The notes under the pieces are model-generated. The model did no database searches. It was not told where the DNA came from and worked only from the letters and a program-made list of their open reading frames with translations. Made by a program: the position numbers and the translations under genes. A DNA stretch of 64,000 bases, from positions 570 through 64,569 of the forward strand of contig JAHLWZ010000872.1 in assembly GCA_020536535.1 (NCBI GenBank), written 5' to 3'. The first letter of the stretch is position 1, and the number at the start of each line of letters is the position of its first letter. Positions 22,051-35,900 of the stretch are shown piece after piece. Source of the stretch: Pelomyxa schiedti. Its lineage: Eukaryota; Protista; Evosea.

Positions 22051-24696
22051 ATGTCGGACGAACCGCGCGTCATGTTTGTACCTGAGCCTGTGCCGGTGCC
22101 GGCAGCAACACTGCGTGCTTTTGGCATTCCCGAAAACGCGACACCAATAGAGATCTACGAGTTCCTCTATCCCCACGCGTACGTTTTATTGGCAACGATC
22201 CACACCAACAAACCACGCACTCCTTCCCTCGGTTTTTGTTTTTTTGTTGTGGCACTTCTCGAAAATCTCCTATCTTCCTTACGACGAGTAGAAGTGCAAC
22301 CCACATGCCACTCTACAATTTTTGTTTAATGTGAAGTAGAAATCAATACAAATCTTTTCTCTTGTGTGATTTGTTTACACACAATTAGAGCGACTGTGGT
22401 TACTGTTGGGCAGCGAGAACGAGTCATCTATGTCACTTTCTGCACACAGGAAGAGGCCGATGATGCTAAAAATTCCACGCTGAGGCGCGAACTTGTTTTC
22501 AAAGGCGCCGCAATTTGGCTCGTCACGCCCGCCTCCGAATTCGTCTGGAGCAAGAAAAAAATCGACGTCATGCCACACCCGTGGTACTTCGTCATGCAGC
22601 AAAATGTTTACAGGGTGTTCATGGTGCCATATTACGCGAAGGCTGAGCACGTCGCCGAGCACTGGCGCTACTATAAATTCCCAGTGTATGCGTTGACTGT
22701 TCCTTCCTATCTATTCTACGAATAACTGACATTCTGCCTTTGTTCTTTTTTTCTCTCTACAGTGTTGACTGTAAAAGATTTTGTGGGCACTGGTATGTCA
22801 AGTTCTTGTCCAATACTGAGGAACCGCCTGGTTCCACCAAGTGGTATGCCAACAACAAAACTGTCTACACGGCTCCGGCATGCCCCTTGTATTCATTTCT
22901 GACACTATCCTTCTATTCACCTCATCCTTTGAGTGATGGTAATTCTTCATTCTCATTTTATCATTACTAACTTGCTTCAACCTGTAATCACAGAACCCCT
23001 TGCATGTGATTCGCCAATTGACACCCCAGATTCCCCATACCCTCCCCAACAACCAGAACTACCTGTCACATGTGAAGATACAGAGGGCAAACGTGGAGCT
23101 CCCCAATTGTTTAATCTTTACAGCTTATGTTTCTCTTTTAGTTGCAGGGAAAAAACGGTAAAGGGAAGAAGCTTCAATAAATGTACAAGAGGTAACACAA
23201 GGTTTGTTTTACACCCACTTCTCTATGGTTTTCGAGCGTAATTGGCATAAATAGCTCCTTTCAGAGGACCTGATCAATTGGGGTCACCTATGACTTACAC
23301 AGAACAACAAGGTGCAACAGATTCTTGTCTTTTCTCTGCTGTAACATTTCTCTTTAAGTTCCACAAACCGCGAGACCAGCACGAGTTTCTGCCAGCGGAC
23401 CAGATACCCAACACTCTTCAAGTAAGCCCACTTCTCAATGATGATTTTCTGACTAGTTTGTGATAAGTTGCTCCACCTGACCCGATTTACTTCCCATGTG
23501 TGCCTCCCAACACTTTCCTCTTTTGAGCAGTAACACAAATCCCTGCAGTTAAAAGTAATCTCATGGGAAACTGGGAGCTCTTATTTTCTCCTCTCAGAGA
23601 TAGCACTCACATCGCTTATCTCTACACCAGCCACAAGAAATTTATCACAGAGGCCACCGATCTCCTCAAGAAGCGATCCTTGCTGAACGAAGTTGCAGTA
23701 ACAAGGAACGTTTCATCGATAAACATTGTTGGGGATTTGCATGGAAGCTGGGACTGCCTAAAAAAGTATGTTTCCATCTAGATGGATTGCCTCTCTCTGC
23801 CCTTTTTTCCAATTTCTTAAGAGCCATTGCTATCGGAGGAGAACCATCTGATTCCAATTTATGGATTTTCAATGGTACTGTTACAATACGGACTATTTTT
23901 TTTGTTACACCTGTGTACAGGCGACTATGTTGACAGAGGTGCCTTTGGGGTTGATATCTTGGCTGCCTTGTGCCTTCTTGTGACCGCATACCCACGAAGT
24001 GTGTACCTGAACCGCGGCAATCATGAGTGCCCCAGGATCAGTTCTCATGGCCAAAACAATCATTATCAGTGCCTGGAAGAGGTGTATGGCAGTAATGGCA
24101 TGAGGTTGTGGGAGGCATGTGCTGAACTGTACAAGCACCTCCCCCTGGCCACTCTGGTCAATTTTCCCGAGGACCCAGAAATGAAGGGTTGGTTTGTGTG
24201 TCACGGTGGAATAGGCAGTTATGTGACATTGGAATCCATCAGGCAGTCAGAGCGATGTGATTGCACAAGTGTGCCACTTACTTTCTTGTGGTGCCAACTC
24301 ACTCACAAGTCTCCAGATGCAACCCCTCTGTTGAAGGACTTGCTGTGGACTGACCCTTCTGAAGTGAATGGCATGCAGCCCTCATTAACACGCCGCGGTT
24401 TGGAAACCTGGGGTCCTGATGTAACTGAAGCCTTCATTGCTGCAAATAACTTGAGATGGATAATACGAAGTCACGACCACAGCAGGGGAGGCTGGGCCAC
24501 GACGCACAATGGCAATGTTGTTACTGTATTCTCCACTGCGGAACAGGTTGCCAACCCTGTGTTCTTCAGGATGGAATTGCCCTCGCAAAAGTATGGGCCT
24601 GTGCCTCTGGAGGGTGTACAACCAACAGTAAACAAGCTTGCAAGTTTCTACACATCAAAACAAAACACAACCACTGCAGCCCCTCCACAATCCTAA
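22051..24696 (+). CDS. PPP-family Ser/Thr phosphatase with an N-terminal RRM-like region, multi-exon
   Basis: GDLHG, GDYVDRG, RGNHE, HGG, DLLWTDP, RSH and TVFS motifs. Upstream exons contain YVTFCTQEEADDAK (RNP1-like). Single-gene status is inferred. Confidence 0.8.
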
Positions 24697-25006
24697 GAAT
24701 ACCCAAAGAATACCCACGGCAACCAGCCAGTACCCACCCAACAACCCTGTTGTGCAATAACAAATAAGTCCTTTTTACTGTGTTGCCTGGGAGGCAAACC
24801 AGCATTCTCCTAAGTCGCCTTGTTGTTTTTCTTTGTTATTTCAAAATGAAAGATACAAAACTTGGTATCTTTCAGGCACTATGTGTCGGGGTACATCCAC
24901 AAATAGACGACAACCAAGCCGTTTGCATACGGTGATAGCCTATCAGTGGTGTGAGTCGTTTGCATGACCAAAAAGGAGCGGACCTTATTGAAGGTGATGC
25001 TGAGCA

Positions 25007-25461
25007 TTATGACCTGCCCGGGGGTGCCTTCACACCGGCCGATAGTGCGAGCTTCTTGAACTCACCCAGTGACAAAACTCCATCGTGGTTTGTATCACAC
25101 TGTTCAAACAGCAGCCTGGACTTGTCATCGGTCATATTTATCCTGCATTCTTTCCCAACATCCTACGGCAGTTCGTAGTTAAGAAATGAGTAATAAGGTG
25201 TGACACATAAAGCAACGAACGATGCCCCAACACACACACACAGGCACACAACAACAAAACTGTTGTTACAACTACACACACACATACAGCGAGGAAGTGC
25301 TTGGCCTCGTTCCACTCGAGTGTGCCGTTGTGATTTACATCGTACTTTGTGAACAGCACCTGGACTCTCTCGAAGAAGAACCCCACGCCCATGCAGTTGA
25401 TCGCCGCCACGTCATTGTGCAACTCCCTCCGTGCCTCACTGTATGCTGCAACGTTCCCCAT
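25007..25461 (-). CDS. Small EF-hand Ca2+-binding protein with a possible N-myristoylation site
   Basis: Starts MGNVAA; two canonical loops DVNHNGTLEWNE and DTNHDGVLSLGE; one intron. Confidence 0.85.
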
Positions 25462-25601
25462 TGTGTGTGTTGATGTGTATTGAATGGGTTGGGTTCTTTT
25501 TGTTCTTATTGGATGGATGGATGGTGTAACACTGTTGCTTTTGATTGTGTTTATGCGATTTTTCTCAGGGGTTGGTTTCTGGTAAGTTGTGGGTGGGGGT
25601 G

Positions 25602-28600
25602 TCAATTGAGTTGTTTGTTGCCGAGAGGTTGGGGTGCTGTTGTTGTTGCTGTAGTTGTGGGGGGTTGTTGCGATGGAGTTGTGGGTTGTTGGGGAGTGTG
25701 ATCGGCGTCGTCTTGGAATGGTGTTGCGGTGCTGTAAAAGGTTATCAGGCTGTTGAGGAATGTGATGAACTTGTGGAGTGTTGGTGGGAGTTCCGGCATT
25801 TCCGGGGTTATCAGAGACAGCGTCTGGTTGACGTGGTCAACCGTCAATTGAAGGTATTGCAGCCTGCGTTTGTTACTGGTAAGAAAACGGGAAAGACGCG
25901 GTCGCGGGGCATACCACACAGAAAATGGCTCGGTGGTCAGGAGCTCCTGCAATTTTTCTGGGTTATTTGCGTTTGCTTTCAGCGACTCCGAAATATGCTT
26001 GGAACCGATGCGGAGTAATTGCTCGACGAGAACCAATTCCTAAAAAGATAATCACCATAAAAAAGCTAAGAAGTGTGTGACCATGGCTGGTAAAATAGCT
26101 GCCCACTGAGAGATTGTGCAATGAGTTTGCAAGAATATATAAACCGCTGCCACAGCTTGTTCACAGGTCACCTGCTTCGTTAATACATGAAAAACATCTT
26201 CACAGAGTGTTGCCCTTTCCGGAAACTGGAAGCTGTGAGAATGCGGTAGATTAAAATTTATACTACCTCCTGGGTGAGGCTGCAAAACAAGTGCAAGTTG
26301 CGAATGTACACAGTGGCCAGTGCAAATTGGTATTGTGGCTGGAGCACTTTGAGACTTCTCTTGAAAAGACGAGCTCCTTTCCCAATGCATACCATGTCAA
26401 AGAGTGTGTCTTTACCACTGAAAATGGCAATTAGTAAAAAATTGGACTCCGGGATAGTGCTACTTGGAATTAGACGCTAAAACTCCAAAGAGAGTCGCTC
26501 CAATTTCAGCGTTTTTCCTTTCTAGTTTGGCATGCTTTGTGGTTTCATCCCTACGCGCATTAGAGCCCTGTCTGTCAGCATACTGGTACACACAAGTCAT
26601 CATGGTCGTATGGAAGAAGCTTCAGACGTGCAATGTCTTCGAGGTCTAGCAAGTGATTGTAGGCGTTTTCAATTTGTAAAAGCAGTGAATGCTTGGAAGA
26701 GGAAGCCATTGAACCCTGGAATATTTGGAGTTGGAAAATGTTCTAATGGCATTTTAACGTAAACACCATTCTCTCGACAATCTCATCTTAGGAAAGTCAG
26801 TCAGTTTTAAAGGAAATCAGCCATACAATTCTTATAAAGTTGCAGCATCAACCTTGGGGCTTTGGAGATTGGTTCCAATTTTCCGAGAGTACCTTTAGAT
26901 AATTAGCATCTGGGGAAAAAGGGAGGTAATACCTGAAGGAATTCGCACGGGAGGAGAGGGAATACAGTCAAAAAGTGGCCTGTGGCTATAATACGAGACA
27001 ACACTATCGGGAGTTTCATTTTTTGTTTCTGTATTGCTGTGACAAGAAATAGAGACTACTGGGGCATACCAATTTCTCGACATATTCTGTAGTACTCCTC
27101 AAGGAAGGGATAAAAAGGAAGAACTGTTGTACAAAGTTGAACGCTGAGATTTGATAATATTCCTGATAACTCCTCCGCAGACATGAACTTGTGAGTAATG
27201 CGATAATAAACCATGTCCCCAATTGAGTGAGGTGATGGTGGAGGGGGGACTGACATTCTCCAATTTGGTTGGACCATAACCTGGCGTTGATGCAAAGGTG
27301 TTCCCCGGCCAGGTGGTGTTCCTCTGCGAAGATATTACGAGAGAATAAATAACCAAAAACTCAACCTTTCAAAGCGCACAGGGACAGATTTACCTGGGGA
27401 TTGAGCGGACTGCTGTGCAGAAGTCTTTTGTTGCTCACGAGAATGGCTCATTTCTGGATTCTTCAAGATAGTTTTTACTGCCACATGCTCCTTGTCGGGG
27501 CTCCCAAGTAAGGTACGAGCAGGAGAGGCAGAAGTGTTGTAATCTGCCTCAACTTTTCCTTCAAGGGTTTCCACTTGTTCGTGTTGTTGATGCTGCAATT
27601 GGTCAGATAATGAACCTGCATTTTCTGAGAGGGCTGTGGGGACATGGTTTGACTGAGCTTCTGGATCCTGAGTTTGTTCTAGATCTTGCAGTGTTTGTAC
27701 AAAAAATTTTTGTGGGCCTGTAAGTAGGGAATTGAGATGCTGCTGCTGTAACTGCTGAAGAAGCATTTGCATCTGTATACTCGAATGCAGGGGCGGTTGT
27801 GGCTGCACAGGTGGTGTTGCCTTAGTAAAATCGGATTCCAAGTCTTCAACAGACACCATGGCAATAGGAAATGATGTTTGTTGAAGAGACTCAGGAGTAG
27901 AACGTGCCTGTAACACCTCGTGAGCATTCCTGATTGAGAGTCAGAAGACTACAACAACATATGTTGCACATACAAAGTGTCTCTAGGAATTGGTCTCTTC
28001 ATATCTAACCATCAAATTAAAAAAAAAGGGATAACTTGATAAAATTTTACCAGGAGGCGATCCCCAGGTTCTGGCTTCTCCCCACAGTGATGAATTCCAA
28101 GGAATTTGAGGTCTTTCTTGTGGAGGTGCAGTGGCCATGTTAGGAAACATGGTTAAAGGCTTCTGCCATTTTGCATCATTTTGTGCTTGCAGGGTTGTTT
28201 GGGAGTGTGTATCTGTTGTTGAAAAACTGTTACTAACAGAAGATTCATGGAACAGTACCATATTGGGGTACTCCAAAGAGAACTCTGTCTCCTTCCACCA
28301 GTTTACTTGCTGTGTAGTCAGGTTTCCAGTCGTTACCTTGAGCTCTTAGAAAAGCAGGGAATTATGTCTTACTCTCAATTTACCAATAACAATTTCTGAT
28401 CCAAATGTTTCAGAATTCACCTGATCATCATCTGCATTAGGTTGTTCGTTCAAGTCATCACAAGCTTCTTCAGCGAATCCAGAATCACTTTCGGCAGCAA
28501 ACTCACTTGTGCTTGGCAAGAAATTGAATTGGCCGTTGGTTTGATAAGGATAAGCAATATCACCTGTACGGTACAGGTAAGTTGCAATCTCGCAGGGTGC

Positions 28601-29338
28601 CAACTACACACACACATACACAGACACTACAATACACACACACACACACACACACCAGTTGCTATGCGCTGGACCATGTCGGACTCCTCACCGTAGTACT
28701 CCTCCTCCTGGTCCCCCTCGTCGCCCACAATAGTAACCTGCTCCTCCGTGTCGTCGCTATCCCCGCCACCATCCTCCTCGCCCCCGCCCCCTCCCCCTCC
28801 CCCGCCCCCGCCGTAATTGAGCCGATACTGCCACCCCCCCCCGCCTAGCACTGCTGCCCCCGCCCCCTCCCCTCCGTCCCCGCCTCCTTCCCCCGCCTCT
28901 GCCTCGCCCTGTGTCAAGTCGTACTGGTCCGTAGTCCCGTCGGAGCCACTAGATGATGTCGATGTGGTTGTTGACGGCGGCTGTTGCGGCGGTGCATGTG
29001 CCTGCGTGAGAGTGAGTGTGCGTCGGGTTCGGTGTAATATATTACTTAGAACTATTCCATTAAACGACAACGACAATGGCGTTACAAAGACGCACCCCTG
29101 ATGACATTCCCTTTCTTTTGTTGAATGGATTGGGATCTTTCCTGGTGAATGAGATTCTCTCTGTAGAGAACTCTCTTCCTGCAAATGCGGAGGGGATCAG
29201 AGGAGGAGGCTGGGAGCAGGATGCGTGAGCTCTCTGATCAAATATCGGTTCGGAATTGGAACGTCGGTTTATTTGTACAAATTGATTTGGGGTGGTAGAC
29301 GGGCATAGAACGATGTCATCTAAAAGTGCGTTGTGCAT
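25602..29338 (-). CDS. Large multi-exon hypothetical protein (low-complexity; weak RasGEF-N/REM-like segment)
   Basis: Chain of same-strand ORFs with GT-AG junctions. DMVYYRITHKFMSAEELSGIL resembles the REM motif; no CDC25 domain recognised. Confidence 0.5.
28608..28654. repeat. (CA)n intronic microsatellite
   Basis: Interrupted CA runs directly visible. Confidence 0.8.
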
Positions 29339-29411
29339 GCTCCTCCACGAACAATTAATAAATATGAACTAAGAGGGGAGAGATCTTTGTGCGTGACACT
29401 GACGGCGATCT

Positions 29412-31101
29412 ATGTCAATAAAAGAGGGAGGATGGAAGGCAGCCGCTCCACGCAAAGAGAAGTACGCACACATTTTTGTTAAAGTTCATTTTCCGTCGCC
29501 GACGTGGTGCTCTTTCTGCGGCGCTTTCATCTGGGGTATTCATTTTGTCTCGTTTGTTAGGTTTGTAAATTTTTTCGTGCAGGTCTTGGCAAACAGGGAT
29601 TTTGTTGTACACGTATGTTGGTACCATTCTTGCTGAAATTCTTATATCTCTAGAATGTAGATATCCGGCACACAAGTATTGCATGCCAAAAGTACCGAAT
29701 AATTGCGAACCTTCTAAAAAGCCTCCAAAGTTTTCAGAGTATTCCAGAACAGAGTACGCTATCAACCTTGTTTGCGCATTCACTAAATATTCTTGAAGGA
29801 AGGAATTATCTCCAGAAGAGATCGAAAGGCAAGAAAAAGTACGTAAATTTCTTGCAGCAAAGGTGTGTGCAGGAGGTACTGTTGTAGATGAATCCCAACT
29901 CCTTGCTGACTCGAGAAGGCTTGCTTATTAATCTATCTTTCCCCCATAACATTCTTTCAGGGAAGAAGAAGCGAGACTCCATCAAAGTCAAATAAAGAGG
30001 TCAAATGAACTCCGGAGGAGTATGGCTCAGAAGCCGACCAAGAGAATGGGTGAGTTGTGGCTGGAACAACAAAGGCAACAACAGGAGGTATTGCTCAAAT
30101 CCGGAGCACGTACTCACAGGTTTCCAGGCACAGAGTAGAGCCACGGCAGTAACCAAAGCAGCTCCACCTCCCACGCATCAACAACGAAATAAGCTGCAAG
30201 ACAGTTGGAAGACCAACGTTGAATCTTCAGCTGTAAGTCTGGTTACCCTAAAGCTCTCTCACAAATGGGCAGCCAAAAGATACCAAGCCAAAAAGAGATG
30301 ATGTTGTTGTGGCGAAATTATCCGAGGAAGAAAGGGCAGCCAAACGCCAACAGGTAAAGACACCCAGTCGAATTCCCTAACTTGAAAGCAGGTTGCAGCC
30401 ATGGTTATGAAGGGAGGAATGGGTCCAAGACCAAGGCCAACACCCACAACCACAGAAAGCCAAGAGCCCACGGGCGATAACCCGGAACCTGATGCCACTG
30501 ATGAGCCCCCGGCCTCAACCACATCACCAACAACTACACCCTCGCCACCACCCTCGCGGTCTTCCTCTTCACCGCCGCCGCCAATTCCTCCACGCTCCAC
30601 ATCCAGCACCACTCTCACCACCCCTGCGACAGAGGAGTCCGCACAAAGTACAAGCTCCTCAGCCATTGCTACGACGACTTCAACATCAAGCACAAGCACA
30701 AGCACAAGCACAAGCACAAGCACAACCGCAACCACGTCAACAGCCTCCTCTTCCCTTTCCACAGAAATTACTGTATCGGAAAGTGATGCTATTGCAGAAG
30801 CAGAAGAGCTTGCTTTTGACCAATCTTTGACGCACGAGACCGACATAGGAATTAAAATTTCCACAAAGCCAAGGCTAGAACATGTATGTGTACCACTTGT
30901 TTTAATGCACCGATTTCACCTTCCCATAGTTTACCCGAACCGCCGGACCAAGAGGACGACGGCCTCCCCAAAGGCACTGACACCCACCACAAACTCAACA
31001 AAGTAACTGTGATTTACAATGTACGTGAAGAACAGTTGTCAAAAAGCAAAAGAATGTATCAAGAGAACAAAACAGTCTTTTTTTTTTTAATTTATGAGTA
31101 G
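29412..31101 (+). CDS. C1 (DAG/phorbol-ester-binding zinc finger) domain protein with an S/T-rich region
   Basis: Spliced HIFVKVHFPSPTWCSFCGAFIWGLGKQGFCCTQCRYPAHKYCMPKVPNNC fits the C1 Cys/His spacing. The 3' end is approximate. Confidence 0.75.
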
Positions 31102-31124
31102 AGGAGATAAGTCAGCCTTCCCTA

Positions 31125-32752
31125 TCAGGAGCCAAGAGAGTACTTGATTTGGTCTGTGCTGATTGGGGGTGCAATGAGAACAGCGGAAGGAAGCCTCTGC
31201 GTCACAACGTCAACTACCTCGGGCCACTGCATGGGAGCCCTCTTCTTGATGCCCTTGGCTAGGTCCTCGGCCTCTTTCTTCTTCTTTGCTTCCTCCTTCT
31301 GCTTCCTGGCTTCCTCCCTCTTGGCTTTCGCGGCTTCATGCTTCCTCTTCTTCTCCTCTCGCTTCACTTTATTGGCCTCTTTCTTGATTGCTTTGCTGCC
31401 TTCAGACATGTTGCCGTCACTGTCGGAATCAGAACTGTCGTCGGAATCGGAGTCGGGTTCCGGCTCAGACTCGGATTCTTGAGCGTCTGGTACAAAGTCC
31501 ACATGTAGAACCCAATGGCATTCAGGGTGCTCCACGAGTTGGTCTTTTTTACCCTTCTGCAGCTTGACGGTCGTTTTCAGTCCGCCTTCACCTCCAAGAA
31601 CGAACTTCTCCGATTCTTTAGAGTGGTCGTCGTCTTCTTCTTCTTCAACTTCAGCATCTTCGCCAGCCTCTTTTTCACCCTTCCATTTAAAGCCAAAAGC
31701 AGTGCTTACTTGCTTTGCTAGAACCTTAAAATCGGTTTCTTTCGGTTCGCGGATTCCAAAGAGAATTTCATCTTCTTGAAGGTATTCTGTTGAGAAAAAG
31801 AAAATAATGAAATTAGGATGGCTAGGGAAAAAAAATTGGTGTTACCTAAGTGGGTCAGGAAGGACTGGAAGTCAGGAGCCAATCTGTGTACCTGGGGAGG
31901 ATAAATAGAAATTCTATTTGAAAGACCGAATTACCTCAAAGTCCCCAGCAGTATCAACGTCAGGCTTGACCTCCTCATACTCAATTTGAGAAAGAGCCAC
32001 AGCCGCCGGGTTGTGTGGATCGGCGCGATAATCTGCAGTAATTCAGAAAGTAAGTCACCCAGGGGCCAAACACACCTAAAGCGAGCCATTCATGGCCATC
32101 GCCGCATAGAAGCAAGAAGTCCTTTGTGATTCCCCACTCCTCATATGCATCCTTGCTCAAGTTAGAGTAGGAGAAGGGAGTTAGGGCGTACCTTATTATC
32201 AAGCAACGAGTTAGACGAGGCTTCCTCCTCCGACTCATCATCATCATCGCTATCCTCATCACTAGACCTCTTTGACTTCTTCTTTTTTGTGCTTTTGTCA
32301 ACGCCAACTCCAAGGATTTCACCCACAGAAGCATAAGCCTCCTCGCCAGGAGGAATAGGAGCAGCAGCACTGGAAGAAGTAGTAGTACTAGACGCCGCCG
32401 CTGTTGTAGTAGTTGTATTTGACTCAATAAAAGCAGAAAGAGGAAGGATCTTTTCAGCGCGCTCGCCGGGAACTCTTATATACTTCTTTCGCAGCGAGCA
32501 GCCGTTGTGAACCCTAAGGAGCGCGAGATACGGCTCGGGAAGAACCAAGCCAAGCTCCTTGTGCACGAGCTCGGCCCTCTTGCGCAACTCGTCGCCGTCG
32601 ATCGGCGCTCGGTTTTCGTCTTTGTCAGGGGAGAAGATCTCGCGCGGGGGGGAGAAAACAGGGACGGCCACAGCGGCAGGAGTACTGGTTGAGTGCGCGG
32701 ATGCAGATGCGGTCGTTTTGTCCTTGACCACTTTACGCTTCTTTGTCGACAT
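31125..32752 (-). CDS. SMI1/KNR4 (SUKH) family protein, bacterial immunity-protein-like, with introns
   Basis: ELGLVLPEPYLALLRVHNG...EEWGITKDFLLLCGDGHEWLAL|DYR...HRLAPDFQSFLTHL; acidic/basic low-complexity insertions and tail. Confidence 0.85.
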
Positions 32753-32989
32753 TCCGGTGACACGGCTCCTCGGCAACAACCAACAAAGTTTGATGATGTC
32801 TTTTTGTTTTTGAAAATCAACCGGAGATACAAGATTTCTGAAACCCACTCTCAAGAACAACATTGTTTGAAGAAAGGCCATGCAGGCAAGTGATGCCTTA
32901 ATCCCACATCACGAGTTGTACTTAACTTCAAGCGGAGTTGAGCTTCGTTCGAAGAACTTCGCAGAAGCGGGTTCCACACAACAAAACCA

Positions 32990-35900
32990 ATGTCACAGCA
33001 GCAGCCGGCGCAACTCCCTCCACGCCGGCGAGCCCCCTCTCCCCAGCCATCCAAGCAGCCGCAGCCCGCCGACCCAAAACAACAGCAGCCCGCCCCCCCT
33101 TCGTCGTCTTCCCCATCCCCATCCCCATCCCCTGCCTCTTCTTCCACCACCGGGGTGGCGCCGCCGGCTCCCCCGCCGCCGCCCATGCGCCACGCGCCGG
33201 TCCCCGCGCCCGCGGCCGCGGCCTCGACTCCCCCCTCGCTGCGCAGCGGTGCGGTCTCGCCTACCCAGCAGCAGCAGCCGGGGCAGGGGCAGCCCCGCCT
33301 CATCATCACCAAGCCCCCCGCCTGCCTGATCTCCTCACTACAGCAACTGCAACTGGGACCGCCGCAACCACAGCCGCAACAACAACAACAACACCAACAA
33401 AGCACCACTACCGCAACGACGACCGCGTTACGCGAATCCCCGGGCGCCGGTTCGTTAAATGAACCGTTGTCACCGCCCTCGCTATCGACAACGAATTCCT
33501 ATTCATCTTCGTCGTCATCTTCATCATCAACCACAACAACTGCAAATAATACACTCACGCCTACAACTACAAATTCTACTACTACTAACACTCCGACTAC
33601 TAACTGTACTAGTACTTCTACTGCCAACTCTCACCCTCCTTCTCCCTCTTCGTCACCATTGACACTATCCTCCAGTGGTGGTAGTGGTGGTGTTGAGACC
33701 GAGGAAAAGCAAGGGTCTACAGTCCACCATGAAGGGGACAAGGAACCTTCTTCTGTAGTGGATGACGACATTATGTTGATTGCTCCACTGGCCCCGGATG
33801 ACGAGGCTCCTAGTGTTCCTGATGCCCCGGACGAGGAAGCACCCTCTCCGTCTCTGCCCGATGACGAGGCACCGTCACTTCCACCTCAGTCCATGATACT
33901 ATCACCATCGGGCTCTTTGCAGGCAGTTAATCTGTGCGATGGTGATACAGAGGAGGGAATGGACGGGGATGATTTGCCGGCCCCAGCTCCTCCTGTTCTT
34001 GCTTCACTGCACCCTAACGTGACTCCTGGGGAAAACCTCATTACGGGGAAGACTGCAGTAAATACAAGTATTAGCTGCCGTGAAATCCCTAACAGTATAT
34101 CCCCTGTTGCGGTAGGTGGGCAAGAACGGGTCAATGGGAGCCCTACATTACTCTCAAACAGTAACTCTGAATTGAATTCCAGAACTCCCCCAACGAAGCA
34201 ACCACCAAATCACACGGAGGACTCTTTTCCTAGTATTCCAGATCAAGTCATTGATCTTCCGCCTCCTTTAACACTGGCCCCTGTCCCTGCTGTGCAAGCT
34301 CCAGTTCCATCCACTCCCCCTGCACAATTGCCTCCTCCTGTGATTCCCGCTCATACACCAACTTCTCAGGCAGCAGTACAACCGCCACTCATCACTCCCG
34401 TTGCACCTTCCCCAACTCCACAACAACCTGCGGCAACAGTGGCGGCCCCGGCCGAGCAGCAAACTGTCCGCCCCTGCATCCCAACCCCGATTCTCCCAAG
34501 CATCCCAATGCCTGTCCTTCCTTGCATTCCAACACCAATTCTTCCCAAACTACCTTCTTCAGTTCCGGTGGTCCTTCCAGTAATACCTGCACCTTCCCCC
34601 ACAGTACTACTGCCAACTCCAGCCCCAAAGTCCCCCCCAATGGTAGCCACATCACCCACTGCAGCACCACCCTCTTTCATGACTCTATCAAAACCTCCTC
34701 CGCTCCTTCCCACTACATTACCCCCATCTACACTGGTGTCACCGACGATTCCTACAGTATCATTGCCCCACCCTCACCCCAATCTGCCACCCCCACCACC
34801 ACCTTCTTCAGGTTGCAGCCCTACTCTACATCCTTCAGCTCCAAGCAAGGGATTACCACCTCCTTTCCTACATCCACTTGTTGCGAGATTCGGTGCTCAT
34901 TTAGAACCAGAAGCCCCACCAAAATCCACCCCTCCAACAACTGAGCCAACACAAAAACCTCCAAAACGGACACTCTTTCAGCTCTCTTCTGATGATACTG
35001 TGTGCAAATCCTCTTTGGTTTTATGTGCTACTTACTAGCTAAAACTTCCTTAGTGTGATCCACGGATAGTTGCCTCACAGAGAATAATAAGACAATGGAT
35101 TTTCCGAAGATGGATGGGTATGCACAGATGAACTGAAATTACGTCTAACGGTTTTGGGTGTGGAAAAAAGCCAACATTAAAAAAACTGGCAAACAATCTT
35201 CGTTTAGGAGATTGTTGTATAGTCAACGTGAACTAGCACACAAAATGTCAGTTCTTGCATCGTCTTACCTTATTCCTCTTGAGAGAGATGCTGGAAAGAT
35301 GGTTGTTGGCACATTCTTCCTTCATTCTCTTAACACAAATAGTGGCCTGAATTGCTACCTCAACACATTGTAACGTTATTGTCATCGGTAATGATGATTC
35401 AAGAATTGCACGCCCAGATTGTTGATGGCCTTAATAAGGTTGGAGAGTTTCTTTGATGTTGCTAATAAATACAGATTCTTCTATCATGGCCTTGCATCAA
35501 GGGTGTTGGTGCCATTTTTTGTGATTCGGAGATTCGAGGCAAATTTAAAGTATACAGTACGCAGCCATATTTTACAGTTCCCTCCTGGCTGAGTTCCATT
35601 AGGTGTATACCTCGATTCTCTTCATATTGCAGATTCAATACAGAAATTGCAAGATAATTCTCTCCCATTTGCTGTGTGGCACAATCAGGTAACTTATTGT
35701 TAACACATTATCAAATAAACCCAAAAATATACAGCAATTTCTAACTTGTGGTTCCTTGTTTGATGAATTGGTTCACCTGCCGGAGAGTTCACTGCACAAC
35801 ATTCCCACGTTCCTCAAGGGATTATGTTCCGGACCGGCAGAACCTGCAATGCCAATGGGGGCTGAAACTGAAAGCCTTGATCTGGTTCAACTGAATGAAA

